Below, in pieces: positions 1-15,000 of a DNA stretch of 64,000 nt. Both the position numbers and the translations under genes were made by a program. Each line of letters opens with the position of its first letter. The first letter of the stretch is position 1. Location: the NCBI GenBank assembly GCA_964016885.1, contig OZ024750.1:38564001-38628000 (forward strand), written 5' to 3'. Source of the stretch: Eledone cirrhosa. Taxonomy: Eukaryota. Under the pieces are notes generated by a model. The model saw only the letters and a program-made list of their open reading frames with translations, was not told the DNA's origin and did not search any database.

Positions 1-3000
1 TCACTTGTGTACATCCTACATTTAATACAGTCTCTTGTGTACATCCTACATTTAATACAGTCTCTGGTGTACATCCTACATTTAATACAGTCTCTTGTGT
101 ACATCCTACATTTAATACAGTCTCTGGTGTACATCCTACATTTAATACAGTCTCTTGTGTACATCCAACATTTAATACAGTCTCTTGTGTACATCCTACA
201 TTTAATACAGTCTCTGGTGTACATCCTACATTTAATACAAAGTCTCTTGTGTACATCCTACATTTAATATAGTCTCTGGTGTACATCCTACATTTAATAC
301 AGTCTCTGGTGTACATCCTACATTTAATACAGTCTCTTGTGTACATCCTACATTTAATACAGTCTCTTGTGTACATCCTACATTTAATACAGTCTCTTGT
401 GTACATCCTACATTTAATACAGTCTCTTGTGTACATCCTACATTTAATACAGTCTCTTGTGTACATCCTACATTTAATACAGTCTCTGGTGTACATCCTA
501 CATTTAATACAGTCTCTTGTGTACATCCTACATTTAATACAGTCTCTTGTGTACATCCTACATTTAATACAGTCTCTTGTGTACATCCTACATTTAATAT
601 AGTCTCTTGTGTACATCCTACATTTAATACAGTCTCTTGTGTACATCCTACATTTAATACAGAGTCTCTTGTGTACATCCTACATTTAATACAGTCTCTT
701 GTGTACATCCTACATTTAATACAGTCTCTTGTGTACATCCTACATTTAATACAGTCTCTTGTGTACATCCTACATTTAATACAGTCTCTTGTGTACATCC
801 TACATTTAATACAGTCTCTGGTGTACATCCTACATTTAATATAGTCTCTTGTGTACATCCTACATTTAATACAGTCTCTTGTGCACATCCTACATTTAAT
901 ATAGTCTCTTGTGTACATCCTACATTTAATACAGTCTCTTGTGTACATCCTACATTTAATACAGTCTCTTGTGTACATTCTACATTTAATATAGTCTCTT
1001 GTGTACATCCTACATTTAATACAGTCTCTTGTGTACATCCTACATTTAATACAGTCTCTTGTGTGCATCCTACATTTAATATAGTCTCTGGTGTACATCC
1101 TACATTTAATACAGTCTCTTGTGTACATCCTACATTTAATACAGTCTCTTGTGTACATCCTACATTTAATATAGTCTCTTGTGTACATCCTACATTTAAT
1201 ACAGTCTCTTGTGTACATCCTACATTTAATACAGTCTCTTGTGTACATCCTACATTTAATATAGTCTCTTGTGTACATCCTACATTTAATACAGTCTCTT
1301 GTGTACATCCTACATTTAATACAGTCTCTTGTGTACATCCTACATTTAATATAGTCTCTGGTGTACATCCTACATTTAATACAGTCTCTTGTGTACATCC
1401 TACATTTAATACAGTCTCTTGTGTACATCCTACATTTAATATAGTCTCTGGTGTACATCCTACATTTAATACAGTCTCTTGTGTACATCCTACATTTAAT
1501 ATAGTCTCTTGTGTACATCCTACATTTAATAAGTCTCTTGTGTACATCCTACATTTAATACAGTCTCTTGTGTACATCCAACATTTAATACAGTCTCTTG
1601 TGTACATCCTACATTTAATACAGTCTCTGGTGTACATCCTACATTTAATACAGTCTCTGGTGTACATCCTACATTTAATACAGTCTCTGGTGTACATCCT
1701 ACATTTAATACAGTCTCTGGTGTACATCCTACATTTAATACAGAGTCTCTTGTGTACATCCTACATTTAATATAGTCTCTGGTGTACATCCTACATTTAA
1801 TACAGTCTCTGGTGTACATCCTACATTTAATACAAAGTCTCTTGTGTACATCCTACATTTAATATAGTCTCTGGTGTACATCCTATATTTAATACAGTCT
1901 CTTGTGTACATCCTGCATTTAATACAGAGTCTCTTGTGTACATCCTACATTTAATACCGTCTCTGGTGTACATCCTACATTTAATATAGTCTCTTGTGTA
2001 CATCCTACATTTAATACAGTCTCTGGTGTACATCCTACATTTAATATAGTCTCTTGTGTACATCCTACATTTAATACAGTCACTTGTGTACATCCTACAT
2101 TTAATACAGTCTCTTGTGTACATCCTACATTTAATACAGTCTCTGGTGTACATCCTACATTTAATACAGTCTCTTGTGTACATCCTACATTTAATACAGT
2201 CTCTGGTGTACATCCTACATTTAATACAGTCTCTTGTGTACATCCAACATTTAATACAGTCTCTTGTGTACATCCTACATTTAATACAGTCTCTGGTGTA
2301 CATCCTACATTTAATACAAAGTGTCTTGTGTACATTCTACATTTAATATAGTCTCTGGTGTACATCCTACATTTAATACAGTCTCTGGTGTACATCCTAC
2401 ATTTAATACAGTCTCTTGTGTACATCCTACATTTAATACAGTCTCTTGTGTACATCCTACATTTAATATAGTCTCTTGTGTACATCCTACATTTAATACA
2501 GTCTCTTGTGTACATCCTACATTTAATACAGAATCTCTTGTGTACATCCTACATTTAATACAGTCTCTTGTGTACATCCTACATTTAATACAGTCTCTTG
2601 TGTACATCCTACATTTAATACAGTCTCTTGTGTACATCCTACATTTAATACAGTCTCTTGTGTACATCCTACATTTAATACAGTCTCTGGTGTACATCCT
2701 ACATTTAATATAGTCTCTTGTGTACATCCTACATTTAATACAGTCTCTTGTGCACATCCTACATTTAATATAGTCTCTTGTGTACATCCTACATTTAATA
2801 CAGTCTCTTGTGTACATCCTACATTTAATACAGTCTCTTGTGTACATCCTACATTTAATATAGTCTCTGGTGTACATCCTACATTTAATACAGTCTCTTG
2901 TGTACATCCTACATTTAATACAGTATCTTGTGTACATCCTACATTTAATATAGTCTCTTGTGTACATCCTACATTTAATACAGTCTCTTGTGTACATCCT

Positions 3001-6000
3001 ACATTTAATACAGTCTCTTGTGTACATCCTACATTTAATATAGTCTCTTGTGTACATCCTACATTTAATACAGTCTCTTGTGTACATCCTACATTTAATA
3101 CAGTCTCTTGTGTACATCCTACATTTAATATAGTCTCTTGTGTACATCCTACATTTAATACAGTCTCTGGTGTACATCCTACATTTAATACAGTCTCTGG
3201 TGTACATCCTACATTTAATACAGTCTCTGGTGTACATCCTACATTTAATACAGAGTCTCTTGTGTACATCCTACATTTAATATAGTCTCTGGTGTACATC
3301 CTACATTTAATACAGTCTCTGGTGTACATCCTACATTTAATACAAAGTCTCTTGTGTACATCCTACATTTAATATAGTCTCTGGTGTACATCCTACATTT
3401 AATACAGTCTCTTGTGTACATCCTGCATTTAATACAGAGTCTCTTGTGTACATCCTACATTTAATACCGTCTCTGGTGTACATCCTACATTTAATATAGT
3501 CTCTTGTGTACATCCTACATTTAATACAGTCTCTGGTGTACATCCTACATTTAATATAGTCTCTTGTGTACATCCTACATTAAATACAGTCACTTGTGTA
3601 CATCCTACATTTAATACAGTCTCTTGTGTACATCCTACATTTAATACAGTCTCTGGTGTACATCCTACATTTAATACAGTCTCTTGTGTACATCCTACAT
3701 TTAATACAGTCTCTGGTGTACATCCTACATTTAATACAGTCTCTTGTGTACATCCAACATTTAATACAGTCTCTTGTGTACATCCTACATTTAATACAGT
3801 CTCTGGTGTACATCCTACATTTAATACAAAGTCTCTTGTGTACATCCTACATTTAATATAGTCTCTGGTGTACATCCTACATTTAATACAGTCTCTGGTG
3901 TACATCCTACATTTAATACAGTCTCTTGTGTACATCCTACATTTAATACAGTCTCTTGTGTACATCCTACATTTAATACAGTCTCTTGTGTACATCCTAC
4001 ATTTAATACAGTCTCTTGTGTACATTCTACATTTAATACAGTCTCTTGTGTACATCCTACATTTAATACAGTCTCTGGTGTACATCCTACATTTAATACA
4101 GTCTCTTGTGTACATCCTACATTTAATACAGTCTCTTGTGTACATCCTACATTTAATACAGTCTCTTGTGTACATCCTACATTTAATATAGTCTCTTGTG
4201 TACATCCTACATTTAATACAGTCTCTTGTGTACATCCTACATTTAATACAGAGTCTCTTGTGTACATCCTACATTTAATACAGTCTCTTGTGTACATCCT
4301 ACATTTAATACAGTCTCTTGTGTACATCCTACATTTAATACAGTCTCTTGTGTACATCCTACATTTAATACAGTCTCTTGTGTACATCCTACATTTAATA
4401 CAGTCTCTGGTGTACATCCTACATTTAATATAGTCTCTTGTGTACATCCTACATTTAATACAGTCTCTTGTGCACATCCTACATTTAATATAGTCTCTTG
4501 TGTACATCCTACATTTAATACAGTCTCTTGTGTACATCCTACATTTAATACAGTCTCTTGTGTACATTCTACATTTAATATAGTCTCTTGTGTACATCCT
4601 ACATTTAATACAGTCTCTTGTGTACATCCTACATTTAATACAGTCTCTTGTGTGCATCCTACATTTAATATAGTCTCTGGTGTACATCCTACATTTAATA
4701 CAGTCTCTTGTGTACATCCTACATTTAATACAGTCTCTTGTGTACATCCTACATTTAATATAGTCTCTTGTGTACATCCTACATTTAATACAGTCTCTTG
4801 TGTACATCCTACATTTAATACAGTCTCTTGTGTACATCCTACATTTAATATAGTCTCTTGTGTACATCCTACATTTAATACAGTCTCTTGTGTACATCCT
4901 ACATTTAATACAGTCTCTTGTGTACATCCTACATTTAATATAGTCTCTGGTGTACATCCTACATTTAATACAGTCTCTTGTGTACATCCTACATTTAATA
5001 CAGTCTCTTGTGTACATCCTACATTTAATATAGTCTCTGGTGTACATCCTACATTTAATACAGTCTCTTGTGTACATCCTACATTTAATATAGTCTCTTG
5101 TGTACATCCTACATTTAATAAGTCTCTTGTGTACATCCTACATTTAATACAGTCTCTTGTGTACATCCTACATTTAATACAGAGTCTCTTGTGTACATCC
5201 TACATTTAATACAGTCTCTTGTGTACATCCTACATTTAATACAGTCTCTTGTGTACATCCTACATTTAATACAGTCTCTGGTGTACATCCTACATTTAAT
5301 ACAGAGTCTCTTGTGTACATCCTACATTTAATACAGTCTCTTGTGTACATCCTACATTTAATACAGTCTCTTGTGTACATCCTACATTTAATACAGTCTC
5401 TTGTGTACATCCTACATTTAATACAGTCTCTGGTGTACATCCTACATTTAATATAGTCTCTTGTGTACATCCTACATTTAATACAGTCTCTTGTGTACAT
5501 CCTACATTTAATATAGTCTCTTGTGTACATCCTACATTTAATACAGTCTCTTGTGTACATCCTACATTTAATACAGTCTCTTGTGTACATCCTACATTTA
5601 ATACAGAGTCTCTTGTGTACATCCTACATTTAATACAGAGTCTCTTGTGTACATCCTACATTTAATACAGAGTCTTTTGTGTACATCCTACATTTAATAC
5701 AGAGTCTCTTGTGTACATCCTACATTTAATACAGAGTCTCTTGTGTACATCCTACATTTAATACAGAGTCTCTTGTGTACATCCTACATTTAATAGTCTT
5801 TTGTGTACATCCTACATTTAATATAGTCTCTTGTGTACATCCTACATTTAATACAGTCTCTTGTGTACATCCTACATTTAATACAGTCTCTTGTGTACAT
5901 CCTACATTTAATATAGTCTCTTGTGTACATCCTACATTTAATACAGTCTCTTGTGTACATCCTACATTTAATACAGTCTCTTGTGTACATCCTACATTTA

Positions 6001-9000
6001 ATATAGTCTCTTGTGTACATCCTACATTTAATACAGTCTCTGGTGTACATCCTACATTTAATACAGTCTCTGGTGTACATCCTACATTTAATACAGTCTC
6101 TGGTGTACATCCTACATTTAATACAGAGTCTCTTGTGTACATCCTACATTTAATATAGTCTCTGGTGTACATCCTACATTTAATACAGTCTCTGGTGTAC
6201 ATCCTACATTTAATACAAAGTCTCTTGTGTACATCCTACATTTAATATAGTCTCTGGTGTACATCCTACATTTAATACAGTCTCTTGTGTACATCCTGCA
6301 TTTAATACAGAGTCTCTTGTGTACATCCTACATTTAATACCGTCTCTGGTGTACATCCTACATTTAATATAGTCTCTTGTGTACATCCTACATTTAATAC
6401 AGTCTCTGGTGTACATCCTACATTTAATATAGTCTCTTGTGTACATCCTACATTTAATACAGTCACTTGTGTACATCCTACATTTAATACAGTCTCTTGT
6501 GTACATCCTACATTTAATACAGTCTCTGGTGTACATCCTACATTTAATACAGTCTCTTGTGTACATCCTACATTTAATACAGTCTCTGGTGTACATCCTA
6601 CATTTAATACAGTCTCTTGTGTACATCCAACATTTAATACAGTCTCTTGTGTACATCCTACATTTAATACAGTCTCTGGTGTACATCCTACATTTAATAC
6701 AAAGTCTCTTGTGTACATCCTACATTTAATATAGTCTCTGGTGTACATCCTACATTTAATACAGTCTCTGGTGTACATCCTACATTTAATACAGTCTCTT
6801 GTGTACATCCTACATTTAATACAGTCTCTTGTGTACATCCTACATTTAATACAGTCTCTTGTGTACATCCTACATTTAATACAGTCTCTTGTGTACATCC
6901 TACATTTAATACAGTCTCTTGTGTACATCCTACATTTAATACAGTCTCTGGTGTACATCCTACATTTAATACAGTCTCTTGTGTACATCCTACATTTAAT
7001 ACAGTCTCTTGTGTACATCCTACATTTAATACAGTCTCTTGTGTACATCCTACATTTAATATAGTCTCTTGTGTACATCCTACATTTAATACAGTCTCTT
7101 GTGTACATCCTACATTTAATACAGAGTCTCTTGTGTACATCCTACATTTAATACAGTCTCTTGTGTACATCCTACATTTAATACAGTCTCTTGTGTACAT
7201 CCTACATTTAATACAGTCTCTTGTGTACATCCTACATTTAATACAGTCTCTTGTGTACATCCTACATTTAATACAGTCTCTGGTGTACATCCTACATTTA
7301 ATATAGTCTCTTGTGTACATCCTACATTTAATACAGTCTCTTGTGCACATCCTACATTTAATATAGTCTCTTGTGTACATCCTACATTTAATACAGTCTC
7401 TTGTGTACATCCTACATTTAATACAGTCTCTTGTGTACATTCTACATTTAATATAGTCTTTTGTGTACATCCTACATTTAATACAGTCTCTTGTGTACAT
7501 CCTACATTTAATACAGTCTCTTGTGTACATCCTACATTTAATATAGTCTCTGGTGTACATCCTACATTTAATACAGTCTCTTGTGTACATCCTACATTTA
7601 ATACAGTCTCTTGTGTACATCCTACATTTAATATAGTCTCTTGTGTACATCCTACATTTAATACAGTCTCTTGTGTACATCCTACATTTAATACAGTCTC
7701 TTGTGTACATCCTACATTTAATATAGTCTCTTGTGTACATCCTACATTTAATACAGTCTCTTGTGTACATCCTACATTTAATACAGTCTCTTGTGTACAT
7801 CCTACATTTAATATAGTCTCTGGTGTACATCCTACATTTAATACAGTCTCTTGTGTACATCCTACATTTAATACAGTCTCTTGTGTACATCCTACATTTA
7901 ATATAGTCTCTGGTGTACATCCTACATTTAATACAGTCTCTTGTGTACATCCTACATTTAATATAGTCTCTTGTGTACATCCTACATTTAATAAGTCTCT
8001 TGTGTACATCCTACATTTAATACAGTCTCTTGTGTACATCCTACATTTAATACAGAGTCTCTTGTGTACATCCTACATTTAATACAGTCTCTTGTGTACA
8101 TCCTACATTTAATACAGTCTCTTGTGTACATCCTACATTTAATACAGTCTCTGGTGTACATCCTACATTTAATACAGAGTCTCTTGTGTACATCCTACAT
8201 TTAATACAGTCTCTTGTGTACATCCTACATTTAATACAGTCTCTTGTGTACATCCTACATTTAATACAGTCTCTTGTGTACATCCTACATTTAATACAGT
8301 CTCTGGTGTACATCCTACATTTAATATAGTCTCTTGTGTACATCCTACATTTAATACAGTCTCTTGTGTACATCCTACATTTAATATAGTCTCTTGTGTA
8401 CATCCTACATTTAATACAGTCTCTTGTGTACATCCTACATTTAATACAGTCTCTTGTGTACATCCTACATTTAATACAGAGTCTCTTGTGTACATCCTAC
8501 ATTTAATACAGAGTCTCTTGTGTACATCCTACATTTAATACAGAGTCTTTTGTGTACATCCTACATTTAATACAGAGTCTCTTGTGTACATCCTACATTT
8601 AATACAGAGTCTCTTGTGTACATCCTACATTTAATACAGAGTCTCTTGTGTACATCCTACATTTAATAGTCTTTTGTGTACATCCTACATTTAATATAGT
8701 CTCTTGTGTACATCCTACATTTAATACAGTCTCTTGTGTACATCCTACATTTAATACAGTCTCTTGTGTACATCCTACATTTAATATAGTCTCTTGTGTA
8801 CATCCTACATTTAATACAGTCTCTTGTGTACATCCTACATTTAATACAGTCTCTTGTGTACATCCTACATTTAATATAGTCTCTTGTGTACATCCTACAT
8901 TTAATACAGTCTCTGGTGTACATCCTACATTTAATACAGTCTCTGGTGTACATCCTACATTTAATACAGTCTCTGGTGTACATCCTACATTTAATACAGA

Positions 9001-12000
9001 GTCTCTTGTGTACATCCTACATTTAATATAGTCTCTGGTGTACATCCTACATTTAATACAGTCTCTGGTGTACATCCTACATTTAATACAAAGTCTCTTG
9101 TGTACATCCTACATTTAATATAGTCTCTGGTGTACATCCTACATTTAATACAGTCTCTTGTGTACATCCTGCATTTAATACAGAGTCTCTTGTGTACATC
9201 CTACATTTAATACCGTCTCTGGTGTACATCCTACATTTAATATAGTCTCTTGTGTACATCCTACATTTAATACAGTCTCTGGTGTACATCCTACATTTAA
9301 TATAGTCTCTTGTGTACATCCTACATTTAATACAGTCACTTGTGTACATCCTACATTTAATACAGTCTCTTGTGTACATCCTACATTTAATACAGTCTCT
9401 GGTGTACATCCTACATTTAATACAGTCTCTTGTGTACATCCTACATTTAATACAGTCTCTGGTGTACATCCTACATTTAATACAGTCTCTTGTGTACATC
9501 CAACATTTAATACAGTCTCTTGTGTACATCCTACATTTAATACAGTCTCTGGTGTACATCCTACATTTAATACAAAGTCTCTTGTGTACATCCTACATTT
9601 AATATAGTCTCTGGTGTACATCCTACATTTAATACAGTCTCTGGTGTACATCCTACATTTAATACAGTCTCTTGTGTACATCCTACATTTAATACAGTCT
9701 CTTGTGTACATCCTACATTTAATACAGTCTCTTGTGTACATCCTACATTTAATACAGTCTCTTGTGTACATCCTACATTTAATACAGTCTCTTGTGTACA
9801 TCCTACATTTAATACAGTCTCTGGTGTACATCCTACATTTAATACAGTCTCTTGTGTACATCCTACATTTAATACAGTCTCTTGTGTACATCCTACATTT
9901 AATACAGTCTCTTGTGTACATCCTACATTTAATATAGTCTCTTGTGTACATCCTACATTTAATACAGTCTCTTGTGTACATCCTACATTTAATACAGAGT
10001 CTCTTGTGTACATCCTACATTTAATACAGTCTCTTGTGTACATCCTACATTTAATACAGTCTCTTGTGTACATCCTACATTTAATACAGTCTCTTGTGTA
10101 CATCCTACATTTAATACAGTCTCTTGTGTACATCCTACATTTAATACAGTCTCTGGTGTACATCCTACATTTAATATAGTCTCTTGTGTACATCCTACAT
10201 TTAATACAGTCTCTTGTGCACATCCTACATTTAATATAGTCTCTTGTGTACATCCTACATTTAATACAGTCTCTTGTGTACATCCTACATTTAATACAGT
10301 CTCTTGTGTACATTCTACATTTAATATAGTCTTTTGTGTACATCCTACATTTAATACAGTCTCTTGTGTACATCCTACATTTAATACAGTCTCTTGTGTA
10401 CATCCTACATTTAATATAGTCTCTGGTGTACATCCTACATTTAATACAGTCTCTTGTGTACATCCTACATTTAATACAGTCTCTTGTGTACATCCTACAT
10501 TTAATATAGTCTCTTGTGTACATCCTACATTTAATACAGTCTCTTGTGTACATCCTACATTTAATACAGTCTCTTGTGTACATCCTACATTTAATATAGT
10601 CTCTTGTGTACATCCTACATTTAATACAGTCTCTTGTGTACATCCTACATTTAATACAGTCTCTTGTGTACATCCTACATTTAATATAGTCTCTGGTGTA
10701 CATCCTACATTTAATACAGTCTCTTGTGTACATCCTACATTTAATACAGTCTCTTGTGTACATCCTACATTTAATATAGTCTCTGGTGTACATCCTACAT
10801 TTAATACAGTCTCTTGTGTACATCCTACATTTAATATAGTCTCTTGTGTACATCCTACATTTAATAAGTCTCTTGTGTACATCCTACATTTAATACAGTC
10901 TCTTGTGTACATCCTACATTTAATACAGAGTCTCTTGTGTACATCCTACATTTAATACAGTCTCTTGTGTACATCCTACATTTAATACAGTCTCTTGTGT
11001 ACATCCTACATTTAATACAGTCTCTGGTGTACATCCTACATTTAATACAGAGTCTCTTGTGTACATCCTACATTTAATACAGTCTCTTGTGTACATCCTA
11101 CATTTAATACAGTCTCTTGTGTACATCCTACATTTAATACAGTCTCTTGTGTACATCCTACATTTAATACAGTCTCTGGTGTACATCCTACATTTAATAT
11201 AGTCTCTTGTGTACATCCTACATTTAATACAGTCTCTTGTGTACATCCTACATTTAATATAGTCTCTTGTGTACATCCTACATTTAATACAGTCTCTTGT
11301 GTACATCCTACATTTAATACAGTCTCTTGTGTACATCCTACATTTAATACAGAGTCTCTTGTGTACATCCTACATTTAATACAGAGTCTCTTGTGTACAT
11401 CCTACATTTAATACAGAGTCTTTTGTGTACATCCTACATTTAATACAGAGTCTCTTGTGTACATCCTACATTTAATACAGAGTCTCTTGTGTACATCCTA
11501 CATTTAATACAGAGTCTCTTGTGTACATCCTACATTTAATAGTCTTTTGTGTACATCCTACATTTAATACAGAGTCTCTTGTTTACATCCTACATTTAAT
11601 ACAGAGTCTCTTGTTTACATCCTACATTTAATACAGTCTCTGGTGTACATCCTACATTTAATACAGAGTCTCTTGTGTACATCCTACATTTAATATAGTC
11701 TCTGGTGTACATCCTACATTTAATACAGTCTCTTGTGTTCATCCTACATTTAATACAGAGTCTCTTGTGTACATCCTACATTTAATACAGAGTCTCTTGT
11801 GTACATCCTACATTTAATACAGAGTCTTTTGTGTACATCCTACATTTAATACAGAGTCTCTTGTGTACATCCTACATTTAATACAGAGTCTCTTGTTTAC
11901 ATCCTACATTTAATACAGAGTCTTTTGTGTACATCCTACATTTAATACAGACTCTCTTGTGTACATCCTACATTTAATACAGAGTCTCTTGTGTACATCC

Positions 12001-15000
12001 TACATTTAATACAGTCTCTGGTGTACATCCTACATTTAATATAGTCTCTGGTGTACATCCTACATTTAATACAGTCTCTGGTGTACATCCTACATTTAAT
12101 ACAGTCTCTGGTGTACATCCTACATTTAATACAGTCTCTTGTGTACATCCTACATTTAATACAGTCTCTGGTGTACATCCTACATTTAATACAGAGTCTC
12201 TTGTGTACATCCTACATTTAATACAGTCTCTTGTGTACATCCTACATTTAATACAGTCTCTGGTGTACATCCTACATTTAATACAAAGTCTCTTGTGTAC
12301 ATCCTACATTTAATATAGTCTCTGGTGTACATCCTACATTTAATACAGTCTCTGGTGTACATCCTACATTTAATAGTCTCTTGTGTACATCCTACATTTA
12401 ATACAGTCTCTTGTGTACATCCTACATTTAATACAGTCTCTTGTGTACATCCTACATTTAATACAGTCTCTTGTGTACATCCTACATTTAATACAGTCTC
12501 TTGTGTACATCCTACATTTAATACAGTCTCTGGTGTACATCCTACATTTAATACAGTCTCTTGTGTACATCCTACATTTAATACAGTCTCTTGTGTACAT
12601 CCTACATTTAATACAGTCTCTGGTGTACATCCTACATTTAATATAGTCTCTTGTGTACATCCTACATTTAATACAGTCTCCTGTGTACATCCTACATTTA
12701 ATATAGTCTCTTGTGTACATCCTACATTTAATACAGTCTCTTGTGTACATCCTACATTTAATACAGTCTCTTGTGTACATCCTACAATTAATATAGTCTC
12801 TTGTGTACATCCTACATTTAATACAGTCTCTTGTGTACATCCTACATTTAATACAGTCTCTTGTGTACATCCTACATTTAATATAGTCTCTGGTGTACAT
12901 CCTACATTTAATACAGTCTCTTGTGTACATCCTACATATAATACAGTCTCTTGTGTACATCCTACATTTAATATAGTCTCTTGTGTACATCCTACATTTA
13001 ATACAGTCTCTTGTGTACATCCTACATTTAATACAGTCTCTTGTGTACATCCTACATTTAATATAGTCTCTTGTGTACATCCTACATTTAATACAGTCTC
13101 TTGTGTACATCCTACATTTAATACAGTCTCTTGTGTACATCCTACATTTAATATAGTCTCTGGTGTACATCCTACATTTAATACAGAGTCTCTTGTTTAC
13201 ATCCTACATTTAATACAGTCTCTGGTTTACATCCTACATTTAATACAGAGTCTCTTGTGTACATCCTACATTTAATATAGTCTCTGGTGTACATCCTACA
13301 TTTAATACAGTCTCTTGTGTTCATCCTACATTTAATACAGTCTCTTGTGTTCATCCTACATTTAATACAGAGTCTCTTGTGTACATCCTACATTTAATAC
13401 AGAGTCTCTTGTGTACATCCTACATTTAATACAGAGTCTCTTGTGTACATCCTACATTTAATGCAGTCTCTTGTGTACATCTTACATTTAATACAGTCTC
13501 TTGTGTACATCCTACATTTAATACAGAGTCTCTTGTGTACATCCTACATTTAATACAGAGTCTCTTGTGTACATCCTACATTTAATACAGAGTCTCTTGT
13601 GTACATCCTACATTTAATACAGAGTCTCTTGTGTACATCCTACATTTAATACAGAGTCTCTTGTGTACATCCTACATTTAATACAGAGTCTCTTGTGTAC
13701 ATCCCACATTTAATACAGAGTCTCTTGTGTACATCCTACATTTAATACAGAGTCTCTTGTGTACATCCTACATTTAATACAGAGTCTTTTGTGTACATCC
13801 TACATTTAATACAGAGTCTCTTGTGTACATCCTACATTTAATACAGAGTCTCTTGTTTACATCCTACATTTAATACAGAGTCTTTTGTGTACATCCTACA
13901 TTTAATACAGACTCTCTTGTGTACATCCTACATTTAATACAGAGTCTCTTGTGTACATCCTACATTTAATACAGTCTCTGGTGTACATCCTACATTTAAT
14001 ACAGAGTCTCTTGTGTACATCCTACATTTAATACAGACTCTATTGTGTACATCCTACATTTAATGCAGAGTCTTTTGTGTACATCCTACATTTAATACAG
14101 AATCTCTTGTGTACATCCTACATTTAATACAGAGTCTTTTGTGTACATCCTACATTTAATACAGTCTCTTGTGTACATCCTACATTTAATACAGAGTCTC
14201 TTGTGTACATCCTACATTTAATACAGACTCTATTGTGTACATCCTACATTTAATGCAGAGTCTCTTGTGTACATCCTACATTTAATACAGTCTCTTGCGT
14301 ACATCCTACATTTAAGACAGTCTCTTGTGTACATCCTACATTTAATACAGTCTCTTGTGTACATCCTACATTTAATACAGTCTCTGGTGTACATCCTACA
14401 TTTAATATAGTCTCTTGTGTACATCCTACATTTAATACAGTCTCTTGTGTACATCCTACATTTAATATAGTCTCTTGTGTACATCCTACATTTAATACAG
14501 TCTCTTGTGTACATCCTACATTTAATACAGAGTCTCTTGTGTACATCCTACATTTAATACAGAGTCTCTTGTGTACATCCTACATTTAATACAGAGTCTC
14601 TTGTGTACATCCTACATTTAATACAGAGTCTCTTGTGTACATCCTACATTTAATACAGAGTCTCTTGTGTACATCCTACATTTAATACAGAGTCTCTTGT
14701 GTACATCCCACATTTAATACAGAGTCTCTTGTGTACATCCTACATTTAATACAGAGTCTCTTGTGTACATCCTACATTTAATACAGAGTCTTTTGTGTAC
14801 ATCCTACATTTAATACAGAGTCTCTTGTGTACATCCTACATTTAATACAGAGTCTCTAGTTTACATCCTACATTTAATACAGAGTCTTTTGTGTACATCC
14901 TACATTTAATACAGACTCTCTTGTGTACATCCTGCATTTAATACAGAGTCTCTTGTGTACATCCTACATTTAATACAGTCTCTGGTGTACATCCTACATT

